A DNA stretch of 64,000 nucleotides from the human T2T-CHM13v2.0 reference genome, Homo sapiens: NCBI RefSeq assembly GCF_009914755.1, contig NC_060926.1. One strand, given 5' to 3'. Below are positions 38,456 through 52,119 of the stretch, piece by piece; the first letter of the stretch is position 1, and each line of letters begins with the position of its first letter. A program made the translations under genes and the position numbers. The notes under the pieces are model-generated. The model was given only the letters and a program-made list of their open reading frames with translations. It was not told the origin of the DNA and searched no databases.

Positions 38456-39954
38456 CCCTCTTTTACTTTTCTTCCCACATGAATATTAATACTTTTCTCA
38501 TTGCAGCATCCCTTAGATTAACATTTCTAAAACTGAGTGTCTATTATGTATCTAAAGGGTAATGGAAATTGAGGTCATATCATTTCAAACAGATATTTGC
38601 TGAAAGCATTAGCTAAATGCAGGAAAAATAGATTCATTGACCTCATGGAATATTATTCTTTATTCCTTCTTAACCAACATGTAAGAGTGTAAAAAAAGAG
38701 CATGTGTATATGTGTAGAAGACAGCAGAGAGAAAATACTCAATTTCAATCGTCTCTCTCATAGGCTGAAGTGATTATTATCTTACAAATTATCCAATAAT
38801 TTATTAAACATTTATTACAGGCAGGCCTAATTACATAACTAAAATGCATAATTATAAATAAGATAAAATGAATAGCATGTTTTTAATAAAATTAATTTTT
38901 ATCACTCAATAAATTATTCCTAGTAAACTGAAGAAGTTTCTTAAATTACGGAGACCTTTATAAAAATCTGTTATCATTCCTCCTGTGACATATGGTTATC
39001 TAAGATTCATTTAAAATGAGGTTTACTTTTAGTACCATTTTGAAATAATGCAAGTACTGTTGCATGGGAGCACCTGGTGAGAACTGATCACACGTCAGGG
39101 TCAAGATGGGATGGAGTAATAAAGTATCAATGACGCAGCAAAACTGAGGACCAAAGACTGAAACTTTGTTTTCAAAAGGCTGGAAATCTGATGAGCCACA
39201 GGGCAGGCTCCAAAGTTGAGTTACTCAAGTAGGTAGTATTTGACTACGCTGTTGAGCTCATCCTCTTGAATGGAGTATCCATAAATTGATTTAGCAGAGA
39301 TCTTAAACTAATTATAAGGCAGTCTCCTGATAAGGATATTTCATAGCTTGACCCTCCAAAATAGTTACTTTACAACAATATTAAAGACCAAAATACATTG
39401 CTATTTTTTATCATATTAGGCTATTTAATAACTTTTTGTCTTTGAGTGGTCAGATTTTAATGGTAATTTCCATGTTATGGTTTGGAAATTCTCTTTATGT
39501 TTTCAGTTCCCTGAAAATTCCACGTTTTTAAAAGATTTTCAAAAACTCAAAAAAAAATTACTCGATAACTTTTTGCATTGTGCTTGAAGTATTTTAAAAA
39601 CACACAAAATATTTTCCAGGGCAGCCTTAGGTTAAGGTAAATTAAGTTGGTAATATAAATTCTAACTAATAGATGCCCAAGAATTGAATAAACACTTTCA
39701 AACAAATTTGCCAGCACCTAAGAACAGAAACTTTATAGGACAAACCTTGAGGAATTTAGTTGCAGGTCTGCAGACACTTGTTAGGTTTTGGGTCCTGGCC
39801 TTTCATTCCATTTGGGCTCTTATATGACTCAGCAGTGAAGACAGAGGTCAACATACCAATGAGAGTAGAGCTGTAAAGAGTAAAGAGGGATTTTACTATA
39901 AGTCTTGAAACCAAGTAGACTTTCCTATGGTCAAAATTGATGTTGGGGCTACAG

Positions 39955-40316
39955 CAGCGGTCCCCAACCTTTTTGGCATCAAGGATCAGTTTCCTGGAAG
40001 ACAATTTTTCCACATATGGGAGTGGGGGTGGGATGAAACTGTCCCAACTCAGATCATCAGGCGTTAGTTAGATTCTCATAAGGAGCACACACCTTAGATC
40101 TCTCGCATGCGCAGTTCAATCGCATGCGCAGTTCACAATAGGGTTCCAACTCCTATGGGAATCTGCTGCTGCCCAGTCTGCCGCCTCCTGCTCACCTGAC
40201 AGGAAGCGGAGCTCAGCCAGTAATGCCCACTCTGCGCTCACCTCCTGCTGTGTGGCCCAGTTCCAAACAGGCCATGGACCAGTACTGGTCTGTTGCCCAG
40301 GGTTTGGGGACCACTG
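39955..40316 (+). mobile_element. MER1B hAT-Charlie MITE
   Basis: TIRs CAGCGGTCCCCAA...TTGGGGACCACTG; 8-bp TSD GGCTACAG/GGCTAGAG. Confidence 0.9.
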
Positions 40317-40902
40317 GGCTAGAGGATAAGTTTGGAGAGAGGTGAAACAACATGTCAGCACAGCTAAAGCCTTCTCACTAATCTGAAGCAGAACCTAGAA
40401 ATTTACACTCACTAGGAAAATATCATCTTTGTAAAATGTATGTTCACCAAGTTTAGGGGATGCCTGCATTGTTATTAACAGTGACAATATATTGGCTAAA
40501 GTTCAGGTACAATATATTTTACTATCAAAGCTTCATCTTTCTTCATTGATCGAGTTTCTTTGATTCTCCCACCATAGTTTACATTTCATGGATTAAGATA
40601 CATCTTGCCCACATCACGATATTATCCTACTCCAAATTTATGCATGGTGTCAAGGGGTTGTTCCCCTTAGTATTATATAAACCAGAAATCTTTAAACATA
40701 TTAGTAAATCATGCATCTTGCATGTCTTTCTCTATATAACATACACATTTCTTCATTGTACTTTTTTGCATGTAGGAAGAGAGTCTCGAGATCTGCAGTA
40801 GCATACGGGTTTGAATCAACATGGATCTCCTGGAATATCAGATTTTTTCTGTTTTTCTCATGAGAATATAGAAAGTAATTATTATTAATAATTGTATATT
40901 AA

Positions 40903-41262
40903 TGTATTAGTCTGTTTTCACGCTGCTGATAAAGACCTACCCAAGACTGGGTAATTTTTAAAGAAAAAGAGGTTTAATGGACTCACAGTTCCACATGGCT
41001 GGGGAGGCCTCACAATCATGGCAGGAGGCGAAAGGGATGTCTTACATGGCAGCAGACAAGAGAGAATGAGAACCAAGGGAAAGGGGAAACCTCTGATAAA
41101 ACCATCATATCTGTGAGATTTATTCACTACCATGAGATGAGTATGGGGAAATCGCCCCCATGATTCAGTTATATCCCACCAGGTCCCCCCCAACAACACA
41201 TGGGAAAGATAGGAGCTACAATTCAAGATGAGATTTGGATGGGGACACACCAAGCCATATCA
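40903..41262 (-). mobile_element. THE1 (THE1B-like) solo LTR
   Basis: TGTATTAGTCTGTTTTCACGCTGCTGATAAAGAC...CCATATCA; 5-bp TSD ATTAA (40898-40902 and 41263-41267). Confidence 0.93.
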
Positions 41263-42503
41263 ATTAAGCACTTATAAAGTATGTAAGTAGGCATACAGAA
41301 AATAATGAAAAAAACAACAGCCCTTATTATGTTACCCATGGTGGTAATGGCTCTTATAGCTGTATTAGTAAACAATACATACATATACACATGACAGTTA
41401 TTACACACATGTATAGATATGTGTACACATATATATACTGAATAGTCTATCATTCAGAATAATGTTTGGAGTAGAAAAAGAGGTTATATAAAATGACATA
41501 TGTTGTTTTGAGGCATGAGCATAAATGTGAAAAGATCAAAATTTTGGAAATATTTATTAAGAAATTGCTGAATTTCTAATTTATACTACTAAGTTTTAAC
41601 CTTAAGTTTGTCTCATTAATTTTCAGTTTGCAATTAATATTGTACTTGTACTATTGTAGAGCGGTATTGTTATTGTCTATTATTATTTTCAGAAAATGCT
41701 TTTCAAACTTTATAATGCCCCTTATACTACAAATTACAATTTCAGCAACATCATTTCATTGAAGTACAAATTAATTAAAAGTACCTAAAGAGTTTTTATT
41801 AATACACTCACATGTACACTAAAAAGTGTAATAAAAGGTATTTTAATTATAGCAATACAGTTGAAAAAAGTCAATCACTTTATTTTTTTAATCACTTTAT
41901 AACGGTAATAAAAAGGCATGATCAAAATGACAGAAAATTCAAGACAACTTTATAATATAAATGGCAACATTAATGGACCAAAGAAAATAGAGAATTTTCT
42001 GTTTTTCAATTGACATTTTAATATAGGCTACTTAAAACTTTTTTCCTGAGTGTATTATTTTTCAAAAGGAAAAGTCAAATTTTTATCAATATATCATAGT
42101 TTTCCAAGACACATCAGCACATAATCCAATTAACATAATCCAAGGCATATGTTGCATGATTTTAAATATTGCATTAACAAAGCTGAAAAAATATAGACAG
42201 ATAAAAGTGGGTATCTCTCACAGAGGGATGATAATTTAAAACCATGTTCTTCTATTGATCTTCTCAAATACACATTTGATTCTAATTTTTCTTGTTTTAT
42301 CTTGATAATCTAAGAACTCGTTTTGGGTGAAAAATATTCTAAGGATGTCATAGTCTTCACCGATTGCTAAAACTGCAGTGAATAGGCAAAGATATAATTT
42401 TGGACTTGATATTGCAAACAAGATTAAGCTTCCATGACTTTATAATGAATTTCTGTGTATTAATCTTGAACATTATTTTCTTGAAAATATTGCATAATTT
42501 TAG

Positions 42504-42853
<350 letters not shown>

Positions 42854-43399
42854 CCCCGCTGAATCCTTTCTTCATTTTATCATAATCCTTCTAAATGTAA
42901 GTAAAAGTTTTTTATTTATATAATAAAATATTTGTGAAAACTCATTTTAAAATTATCAAAATGTCTCTGGTGCTTCTGATAATGCAGATGAATAATGGCA
43001 AATACATTTTGTAATCAAAATTAAATATTAAAATACTAAATATGACATTTCTTGAAAACGAGATGTTATATTGCAACAGAATTCTCTGAACTTGAAGAAT
43101 GTATAAATTATTACTTTTGGAATTGTTTTCATTTGTAACTCATTTTTTTCCAGTTTTACAAGCTCTACTGCTTTTCGGCTATGAAAAATGAGGATATTAA
43201 CATGTTTTGCTTTACTTTCATCTCCCTGTTGTTCTGCCAAATTTTGTTATTTATATTTTTAATTTTACATTTTAAATCTTCACAATTATGGTACACGTTA
43301 GTAACACTGATAAGTATTTCTAGTACTCTTTTCCAAACATATGGTACAATTGTAATTTCTATTCTGGCCTCAGTCAACTCGGGCTTCCATAACATAAGA

Positions 43400-43580
43400 C
43401 CAAAGCTCCACTGAAGACTTTCCTCAGGCTGGTGGTCTGAGGAACTTCCACAGGCACTGTCCCCTGCCGACCTATATCTATGTATTAATGTGGTAGAAAT
43501 GAATACTGTTTGTTGTGCTAAGCCACTGAGATATTTCAGCAAATATTACTATGGTATAAGTTAGCTCATCTGGATGTATG
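43400..43580 (+). mobile_element. Old MLT1 (MLT1J/K-like) LTR 3' fragment
   Basis: TTTGTTGTGCTAAGCCACTGAGAT is an MLT1 terminal motif. Confidence 0.5.
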
Positions 43581-43929
43581 TACAAAACTGTACAATTTGA
43601 TCTGTATCTGTAGCTTCCACATGTTTTAGTTCTACAATTTCATCTCCATCATCAATCTATCTCAATCACTTTATCTTGTATTATTTAACTTATTATCAAA
43701 TAGCTTTCTTTTTAAAAGGTAGTATGCAATGTTGTGCATTTTTAGGCATATCTATACTCTTTATAAATGAAGGAAATACAGTGATTAGGTTTGTTTTATT
43801 TTTCTGAACTCTAAAATTTTTTTTACTCTTTTCACATTGAGCTCTGTTTTAGAGAAGACTGAGAATAGTGTGATACTTTTCTTCTTATATTTGATGTTCT
43901 TTTCCGCTGGAGAGAACATGAGTGTTTAA

Positions 43930-44200
43930 ATTCTTTGTATTAAGACATATTTTACGCATATAGAAAAGTACACAATACATAAAGGATGATGTAATGAATA
44001 ATTACAAAGCAAACTTCCAGCCTGAAAAATACAATATTGCCAGGTTTATAGCCTGCCCTTCAAGAGGCCTTATAAGATTATTTCTCTCTTCTCCTCCTGG
44101 AATGACAACAAATACTTTAACTTTTCTTATTACTTCTTGCTTTCTTTATATTTTGCCACTTCTGTATATACTTAAAAATATAAATTTATTTTTTATAATT
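43930..44200 (-). mobile_element. L1ME-type 3' end remnant
   Basis: CATATAGAAAAGTACACA...ATGAATAATTACAAAGCAAAC...AATATTGCCAG. Confidence 0.5.
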
Positions 44201-46411
44201 TTCCAAAACTGGGGACTAAAGGAAATGACATGAAGTAGTGAGTTTATCAACTGTCAGTGAAAAGATTGAAAAATAAACGAAAACAACTAATGTTAGAAAC
44301 TTTAGTTGGAAGAATCAGTTACTTGAGGAAAATCTCCATAAATGGTAAAATTTAGAGGGAACAATTAAAAATCACTTCATGGTTTTGTGTTAATAATATT
44401 GCAAGGTAATGGTGTCACTCAAACCTGCAATTTTTTTAAAAGAATTTTATTCACATTTATTGTAATTTACATTTACATATGCATTTAGAGACCAGGGCAT
44501 AGATAGAAAGAGAGAGATTGGTGTATATAATAAAATATGGCAGCTACTTCCTTTGACGGGCAAATATGGAACCTTCCAATGTGTATATATTTCTTCTGGA
44601 AAACAAAGTTCTTTTGTTATAATTTAAATTGTTCATGCAAACACCACTGCTAAACACAAAAAGTTATATATTTTTTTCTTATTAGAAATGAAATATAAAA
44701 CACTACCTTATTTTAATCTTAAGGAATATTTTGACATATAGTTGAGCTAAGAGTATGTTTAAACAAAACAAAAGAGCAACTATTTAATAGAGTTATTCCC
44801 TGAAAGGCTAGCACCGTGTGTTCATAAACAATCTGAAAATGTTTTTATTTTTTTTCTTGATGGCTTATTTGTTGTTGGCAGGGTTTTGGGGTTTTGTTTT
44901 GTCTTTGAAAGCCTAAAATTACTAAGAAAAAATGGATTTGGAATATACTAACAAAGATTTTCTGGCATATTGGTTTGTATTATCATTGTGACCAAGCACT
45001 TGATTAATAGTGTAGAATATATTAAATTCTTTGGGTATGTTTGGGAATTGAAATTGTAATCCCAGAAATGGTGATACACACTTTTGAGAGATGCCTAATA
45101 TTTTCTCTGTAATTAAAATTTTGATTCTAAGTTTACATGTCACATAGATTCCTTATGGATCAACTCTTCCTGAAAGACATTTTTATTGTGATGTTAACAA
45201 ATTACATGCATTTTTATTGGTTTAACGCTCAAAAGAAGCATTCAACAAATTGCAAAAATTTTCCTCCACTTACTAAGTGCCTTGAAAATGTTCTTTGGTC
45301 TCTGACCTTTACAAGAGCACAAATTTGAAGCCTTAAATAGTGAATGTCAGAGTACTTTCCTGGAGGCGTAAGGAGCTCACTTATAGCTATTACACAACTC
45401 ACATACCTTTATATAGTTTCTGCTCTAGGAAATAAAAGGTTAAACACATCTTTCACAATGCAAAAGCCAAACAGTGACAAATGAAAGGTCATGTTTTTTA
45501 ACCTCTTTTTCTTATCTATAATGTTCAAAAAATACTACTATGAATAAAACATTTTAAATAGAATTGAATAAATTGAATAAATAAATTGAATAAAATTATA
45601 TTCAAAGGATTGTAACTTTCATGACATCTTATGTCCTAGTAGCATGCAAACAAATTTGGAAATCATTCTAACAGTTAAGGCTAGCACAATGAAATTGTAA
45701 TTACAGGACAATATTTTGAGGTAAAGAATAAATGGGAAATTTCAACCATTCATAATCAAAATCAACAAATAGAATCTCCTTTGCTGGGAATATATGACAT
45801 ATAACTATTCCATACATTAATGTATTTTAGTATTCAGATTTATCATCTATTTTTAATCCATGGTAATTGAATTTTTTTAATATTGACAATTTTTAATTAT
45901 AAACAATTATCTTCAGAGAAAAATTCTCAAAATATTTATATTGAAATATTATAGGATTTTTTTTTTTTTTTGGCTTTCATCTCTATGAAAAAAGCTGTCT
46001 TTGAAACTGGCATCTTCTATAATCAGAAAAGTTTTGACATTGTGACTCAGTATTTTTGATGTTTGGAGATTTTAGCAATGACCCTTAGGCTTTAGGAAAC
46101 TACACTGAAAATCCAGTGTCTAGGCTGCTTGTGAAGATATGCAGAATCAAATATGGATAAATAATGAAATTAAAGTAGATCTGAATTATTGAAGGATCCT
46201 CTAATCTATCAAAGGCTGCAAATGACAAAAATTCACTAGTTTAATGAAATAACATCTAAACAGAGAGCATAATCCAAACATGTTTAACAAAAGAAAAGTA
46301 ATGGAACAGTCAAAGTGAGAGTGAGCTTCATTCTCTCAGATCAGAGAATTTCAGATGCATATGATATGTAACTTTTTGACACTGAAGTTTCACTCATACA
46401 TCATAGTGACA

Positions 46412-46634
46412 CATTGTCCAATACAAATTCAGATATGTGTAAGTGTAAAATACACACTAGATCTCAAAACTTAGTTGAAAATGTATGTCATATAGCTTCA
46501 ATAATTTTTATGCTGATTATATGGTAACATGATATTTTGAATACTAAAATTAATTTCACCTGTTTCCTTTCACCTTTATAAATATGCCACTCAACAATGT
46601 TAAATTATATATGTGGTTAACATCATTATCACAG
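46412..46634 (+). mobile_element. MER33 hAT-Charlie MITE (partial)
   Basis: GTAAGTGTAAAATACACAC...AAAATTAATTTCACCTGTTTCC...AAATTATATATGTGG. Confidence 0.8.
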
Positions 46635-49600
46635 TTAACTGAGACTCTATGGTCTTGAAGAATTATCTTTATTTTTTATGAAAGTTTGTGATCTCCAAGT
46701 TAATAAGAAGCTTTACCATGACTCTCTAGCAATGGCTACAACTGAAGAGTCTTCAAAGTTTGATTTACTAAGAAAATCACATTCTTCTCTAAATATTTCA
46801 CACCTCCCTTCCTTTTGCAAGGGTCTGGTTAAGTCCTTTTGAGGATCATCATTTCAACATTTTAAGATTTGGATAAACTCATTTGATATGTTTGAGGTTA
46901 TTTGGATGATTGCTTGTTTTAGGCAGTAAGTTAATTTATAAATAGTCTTGAGAGTTTTCTAGACCTTAAACATTGAAAACTTCAGTGTAATGTGAACCTC
47001 TCTTTAAATAAATAATTATTTTCATGAAAAAGAAGAAAATACATTAAAACTCACAAGCCTCACCTTGAAATGTCTGCACGTTAGATTTTATAAACCACAC
47101 CATTTGATTACTGTTCTAGTTTTTCCGATAATGCTCTACAATCACTATCTGTATTTTACTCAAGCACTCTATATGTACTACTGCATTATATTGAATACAT
47201 TTCATGTGTTATGTATTTAAAATGTATGAAACATGTTTTAAATGGTTTAAAAACTTATTTGTGTAGGTGATGTGTATTATCAATCGGACTAGGAAGTTAG
47301 AAGAAAATGTAAAAAAAAATTGCATGCAGTTTTGATAAAACGATCCTCTTCAGCACTACAAGTCTTTGGTTTTGAATCAGATTTACAAAAATTAAATGTA
47401 ATTTTATAAATATACTAACATGTTTTCATATTTTGTTTTTGTGTCTACAAACCATTTTGAAATGCAAGAAAATATAAAGCCATTAAAATATTTTCTTGAG
47501 TTGAAGTTCTTTTCCAAAGGGTCATTTACACCTTTACATATTTTTTTGTTTTAGTGATTATTAAAGTACACTTCTTGAGTGTGTGATGCTCTTCAAAAGT
47601 TAATTTTACTAACTTTAGCGAACTAGACATGAATATTTAATATATAAATTACAAATAAAATTGTTTTAAATCTCTCACCTATCTCTTAGAATTGCCACAT
47701 AATTTGAGAATTATATAACACAATTTCCAGATTGTTGTAGAAGATCAAAGCCAGAAAAGTATTATTTACATGTATTTTAAGTCAATTGACCAAAGATTTC
47801 TTTGTTTGCCAATACAATGCCCATGTGGTTGGTATGTATAACTATAGATTATTCATTATTCTGTGTAAAATATAACTATAACATTTTTTACAATGTATCT
47901 ATACAAGGAAGAACACTAAAATAAAAATAAAAAAATGATTTCCCTTTTGTGATCAACATGGAATTTATCTCATCGTATTTATTTCAGATAGACATCAAAA
48001 GAGTCTGTAGGGAAGGGCCTGATGCAAATACCTTTCTCTCATTTTTCTGACATGTGTAATGACTCATTTATTATCTAATTTTCACTGTTTAATTGATACA
48101 ATATGCTAATTAGGGCTTAGGTTTACAGCTTTTGCATATACTTTATGATATCATAAAGAAAAGAAACACTGTGCAATTTTCTCAATTGAAAGTATTGCAC
48201 TTGATCATATGAACCTTGTATTTCTTGAGACATGCACAAATACAGTATAAATAACCAAACCTCACAGATTAAGCAAATGTTCTCTGACATAAAATGAAGC
48301 ACTTGCTTTGAAAACTATTGGATGATTTTGACATTAAAATATGCGTTTTGAACACATATTTTCACAGTAGTGAAGGGTATGTAGTGGTAGGCATTAAGGA
48401 TACACCATAATACCTTTGTAGTTCAAAACATTAAATTCTCCTTTGAATGGCTCCCATTATTCTTCCTATTGAAGGACATTTTCTTCCCTCAAAAAATAAA
48501 GTAACAACTTGAGAAGTAGATTAATTTCCCTTCAGGAACAAGCAATCTTAGATTGATCTTATGTATTTTATTTGTGTATACTTTGCTGTATATATCTGCA
48601 GGATAATAATAATGGGCAAAGCTAGAAATGCACATTGTTATCCTCATTTTAACTTTTAAATTTAAAATTTATTCCATATGCAACTGAAATTGACAGTGAC
48701 ATTCCATAGTTGTGAAAGAAAGCAAAGTAAAACTTTGTTATTGTTTTTTAATTACTCAGAGAATATTTGAAATCTAATCTGTATTTTTCAGTTAAATCCA
48801 AATGGTCTTACAAGGTTTAAATCACAAGACATAGCTTCAAGTTTTCTTCTGCATTTAGAAGGCAGAAGAAAAGGATAATTAAGCTTCAGCTAGCTCCACA
48901 CTTAAATATACCTTTTCCCTTCTAGTGGTCTTTTATTTCTTATTCTCAATTGTGTATGTTTTCTGTTTATTTTTTCTACCAAGATCAGAATTGTAATTGT
49001 GTCCTTCTATTTTCTTTGCACTTATTTTATTATTTCTTTTCCAATTTAGGTCTCATACTTAGTTCATTTTCATTATTTTTGTTGTAGATAATCAAAGAAA
49101 CTCTGTAAAATAGTATGCAGATACAATTTTATTGTTTCAGCATTTACTTTCTGACATTGAATAGTCTCCTTTTTGTAGTAATACCTTTATGCTTTGATAT
49201 TTTTGAGTTATTTTTCTGCTTTACATAGAGATCATTTAAAATATTCTCGGAGTTTCCAGGTTTTATTTGTTTTTATTATTTTTATTTTGCTTATTTTCTA
49301 TTTTTATTGAAAAACTATGGCTTAGTTATAAAGTTAAATATTGTAAAATATATCAGTTATAGTGCTTGCCCTCTTTCTCCATATATGGAGGATTCGTTAT
49401 TTAATCCTCACTTTAGGTGAAACCTGCAAGGGAAACTCTTAAAGTTACTACATTTTTTATTGGAAATAAAGCAAAGGTTATTGGCAATAATATCTTACAG
49501 CTCAACCAGAAAACTATATGCGTTAAGACTATTAAAGGGAGGAGCTATTTTGGGTATTGCCTTGTGCAATTTAAAAAAAATAATAACCTTTCCTTTTTTA

Positions 49601-49860
49601 GTAACCACAAAAAACCTTGCTTACTGCCTATGTTCCACTGTAGAAACTGATTTCTTTTCAGAAATGGTAGAATAAGAAGTGAAAGGGACAAAATGGAAAG
49701 ATAGAGACTTGAATAGTACTTGTTCCTGAAAATAGCCAAATAGAAAAACAAAAAATAAAATAAAATAAAAATCAAACAAAACGACAAATCTGAGGCAGTG
49801 ACAAGGGAGAAACAAGAAAGAAGACTGGGGCTGAAACGTGGGGTTTCTGCCCCTAAATTT

Positions 49861-50008
49861 GGCCAGGCACGGTGGCTTACTCCTGTAATCCCAGCACTTT
49901 GGGAGGCCAGGTTCCGGTGGATCACCTGAGGTCAGCAGTTCGAGACCAGCCTGGCCAAAATGGTGAAACCCTGTCTCGATTAAAAATATATATATATATA
50001 CAAAAAGA
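49861..50008 (+). mobile_element. AluS left monomer only, ending in an expanded (TA)n/A linker
   Basis: GGCCAGGCACGGTGGC...GATCACCTGAGGTCAG...GGTGAAACCCTGTCTC then AAAAATATATATATATATACAAAAAG; no right arm. Confidence 0.9.
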
Positions 50009-51280
50009 AAGAAAGAAGATTGAAGTATTGCACTGTGGGACATTTACCACAACGGATTTAGTACCTCCAGTGTCCAGGCTGCCTGTAACTTGGGCCTCTC
50101 CCTTACCCCTCTCCCTCTTCTCCCTTCTATTCTTTTCCAGGTCATTTATTTGCAAAGCCATGTGCTGTGACCATTACCTTCTGCATTTTCATTACAATCA
50201 GTTAAACTATCTGTAACTGTTTACCAGGGTTTTAAACGTTCTGACTTCTCATAACTGGATTATTCTTGCCATTAGTTTAAATAAAGGCAGTGCTGCCAAT
50301 TATTGTGCATTGATATTTTTCAAATCTCATATATATATGTATATATGACAATTTGTCATGTAAAATCTGATAAATGGATATTTTATGATTTTCATGAAAG
50401 TTAGAAAGGCTATAGTCTTAGAATGTGGTTAAGAAAAAGTAAAAAATCTAGATAGAAAAATAATTTGCTTACATTAGAACTTGCTTGAGCTCTAAGGGAA
50501 GAAAGTTAATTGCTTTCCCTGAAGGTTTTTCATTTCTTTTCTTTTCTTTTCTTTTTTTTTAATAATACATCTTTATTTTTCTGGAAGCTTTTATGTAGAG
50601 CCAAGACTTGAGGCAGAGAAATAGATTAAGATATTCTTGATCAATAATTTTATGAGATTTAATTCTTTTGCTCAAAGTGTCAGTTTTTCAGAGTTAAGTC
50701 TGTTTCCAGGCTCATATAATATAACCAAATTTGTACTGTTACTCTGAGAATTAAATATGATTGACCTTGCTACACACCTAGCATAGTACCTGTCACATGG
50801 TATACACTCAGTAAATGTTATCTATCATTACCATTCCTTTAAAAAATAGATTTAAATACAACTCAGAACATAATTTTAATTTGCAATTAAACAATGACAG
50901 GCACTGGAATTTTTTGTTCCCAACTGCCAACATAATTATGGTATCATAAAATTTAAAATGTTCAGCAAAATTTTTGGTCAAATAAGGAGATGATAAAGCT
51001 AATAACTAAACTCTTGTTTCTTTGGTGATCTATTCTTCTCTATGTTCCCTCACGGGGATTTCTAATTTTAGCTTTTATGCTAATGACTACAGAAGACCAA
51101 TTTCTAATCTAGCCCTGTAAGAAACTGAGTTACAGTAGAAAAGGTAATTAAAAAAAAAAAAAGCACAGAGAATGTTTTGCTGTAAAAAGCCATAAAAGTT
51201 CAAATCTTGGAAAAATCATCTTTCTATATGCATACTATATACTTATATTGCAGATAAGTAAGGCACAGAGTAGCTAAATA

Positions 51281-51728
51281 TGTCAGGCCTCTGAGCCCAA
51301 GCTAAGCCATTGCATCCCCTGTGACCTGAACATATAGGCCCAGATGGCCTGAAGTAACTGAAGAATCACAAAAGAAGTGAAAATGGCCTGTTCCTGCCTT
51401 AACTGATGACATTCCACCACAAAAGAAGTGAAAATGGCCGGTTCCTTGCCTTAACTGATGACATTACCTTGTGAAGTTCCTTCTCCTGGCTCATCCTGCT
51501 CAAAAAGCTCCCCCACTGAGCACCTTGTGACTCCCACTCCTGCCCGCCAGAGAACAACTCCCCTTTGACTGTAATTTTCCTTTACCTAACCAAATCTTAT
51601 AAAATGGTCCCACCTCTATCTCCCTTCGCTGACTCTTTTCGGACTCAGCCCGCCTGCCCCTAGGTGAAATAAATAGCCTTGTTGCTCAAAGTCTGTTTGG
51701 TGGTCTCTTCACACGGACGCGAGTGAAA
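51281..51728 (+). mobile_element. LTR7 (HERV-H) solo LTR inserted in a MIR
   Basis: TGTCAGGCCTCTGAGCCCAAG...CGCGAGTGAAA; 5-bp TSD AAATA (51276-51280 and 51729-51733); TATAAAA box near 51598; AATAAA near 51668; MIR remnants on both flanks. Confidence 0.96.
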
Positions 51729-51830
51729 AAATATCTCATCAAAGCATCAAAGGTCACAGAATTCAAATCTGTCCTTCCTGATCTAAAATTATAGCCAGTA
51801 TAATTCACTTACATAAAATATTATTTAGTA

Positions 51831-52119
51831 GACGATGATGATTATTATTTTGAGACAGGATCTCCCTCTCTTGCCCAGGCTGAAGTGCAGTGGTGTGATC
51901 TTGGCTCACTGAAGCCTCAAACACCTGGGGTCAAGCAATCTTCCTACCTCAACCTCTCAAATACCTGGTACTACAGACGTAAGACACCATGCCTTGCTAG
52001 TTGTTTTGTTTGTTTGTTTGTTTTTGAGACAGGGTCTCCCTATATTGCCCCGTCTTGAACTACTGGGCTCAAGCGATCCTCTTGTGCTGGATTAGAGGAG
52101 TGAGCCACTGTGCCCAGCC
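51831..52119 (-). mobile_element. AluJ
   Basis: Diverged dimer with J diagnostics (GAAGCCTCAA, TGGGCTCAAGCGATCCT). Confidence 0.88.

Noticed and set aside
40755-40865. Acceptor-like TTTTTTGCATGTAG followed by a GC-richer stretch
   Set aside because: The frames I checked close quickly and there is no convincing donor; an exon cannot be supported without transcript data
45555-45600. AATTGAATA short tandem repeat
   Set aside because: Ordinary AT-rich low-complexity slippage with nothing further to support
49417-50216. Several 110-140 aa overlapping ORFs
   Set aside because: Made of Alu-arm translation and low-complexity AT-rich sequence; no domain or splice structure recognised
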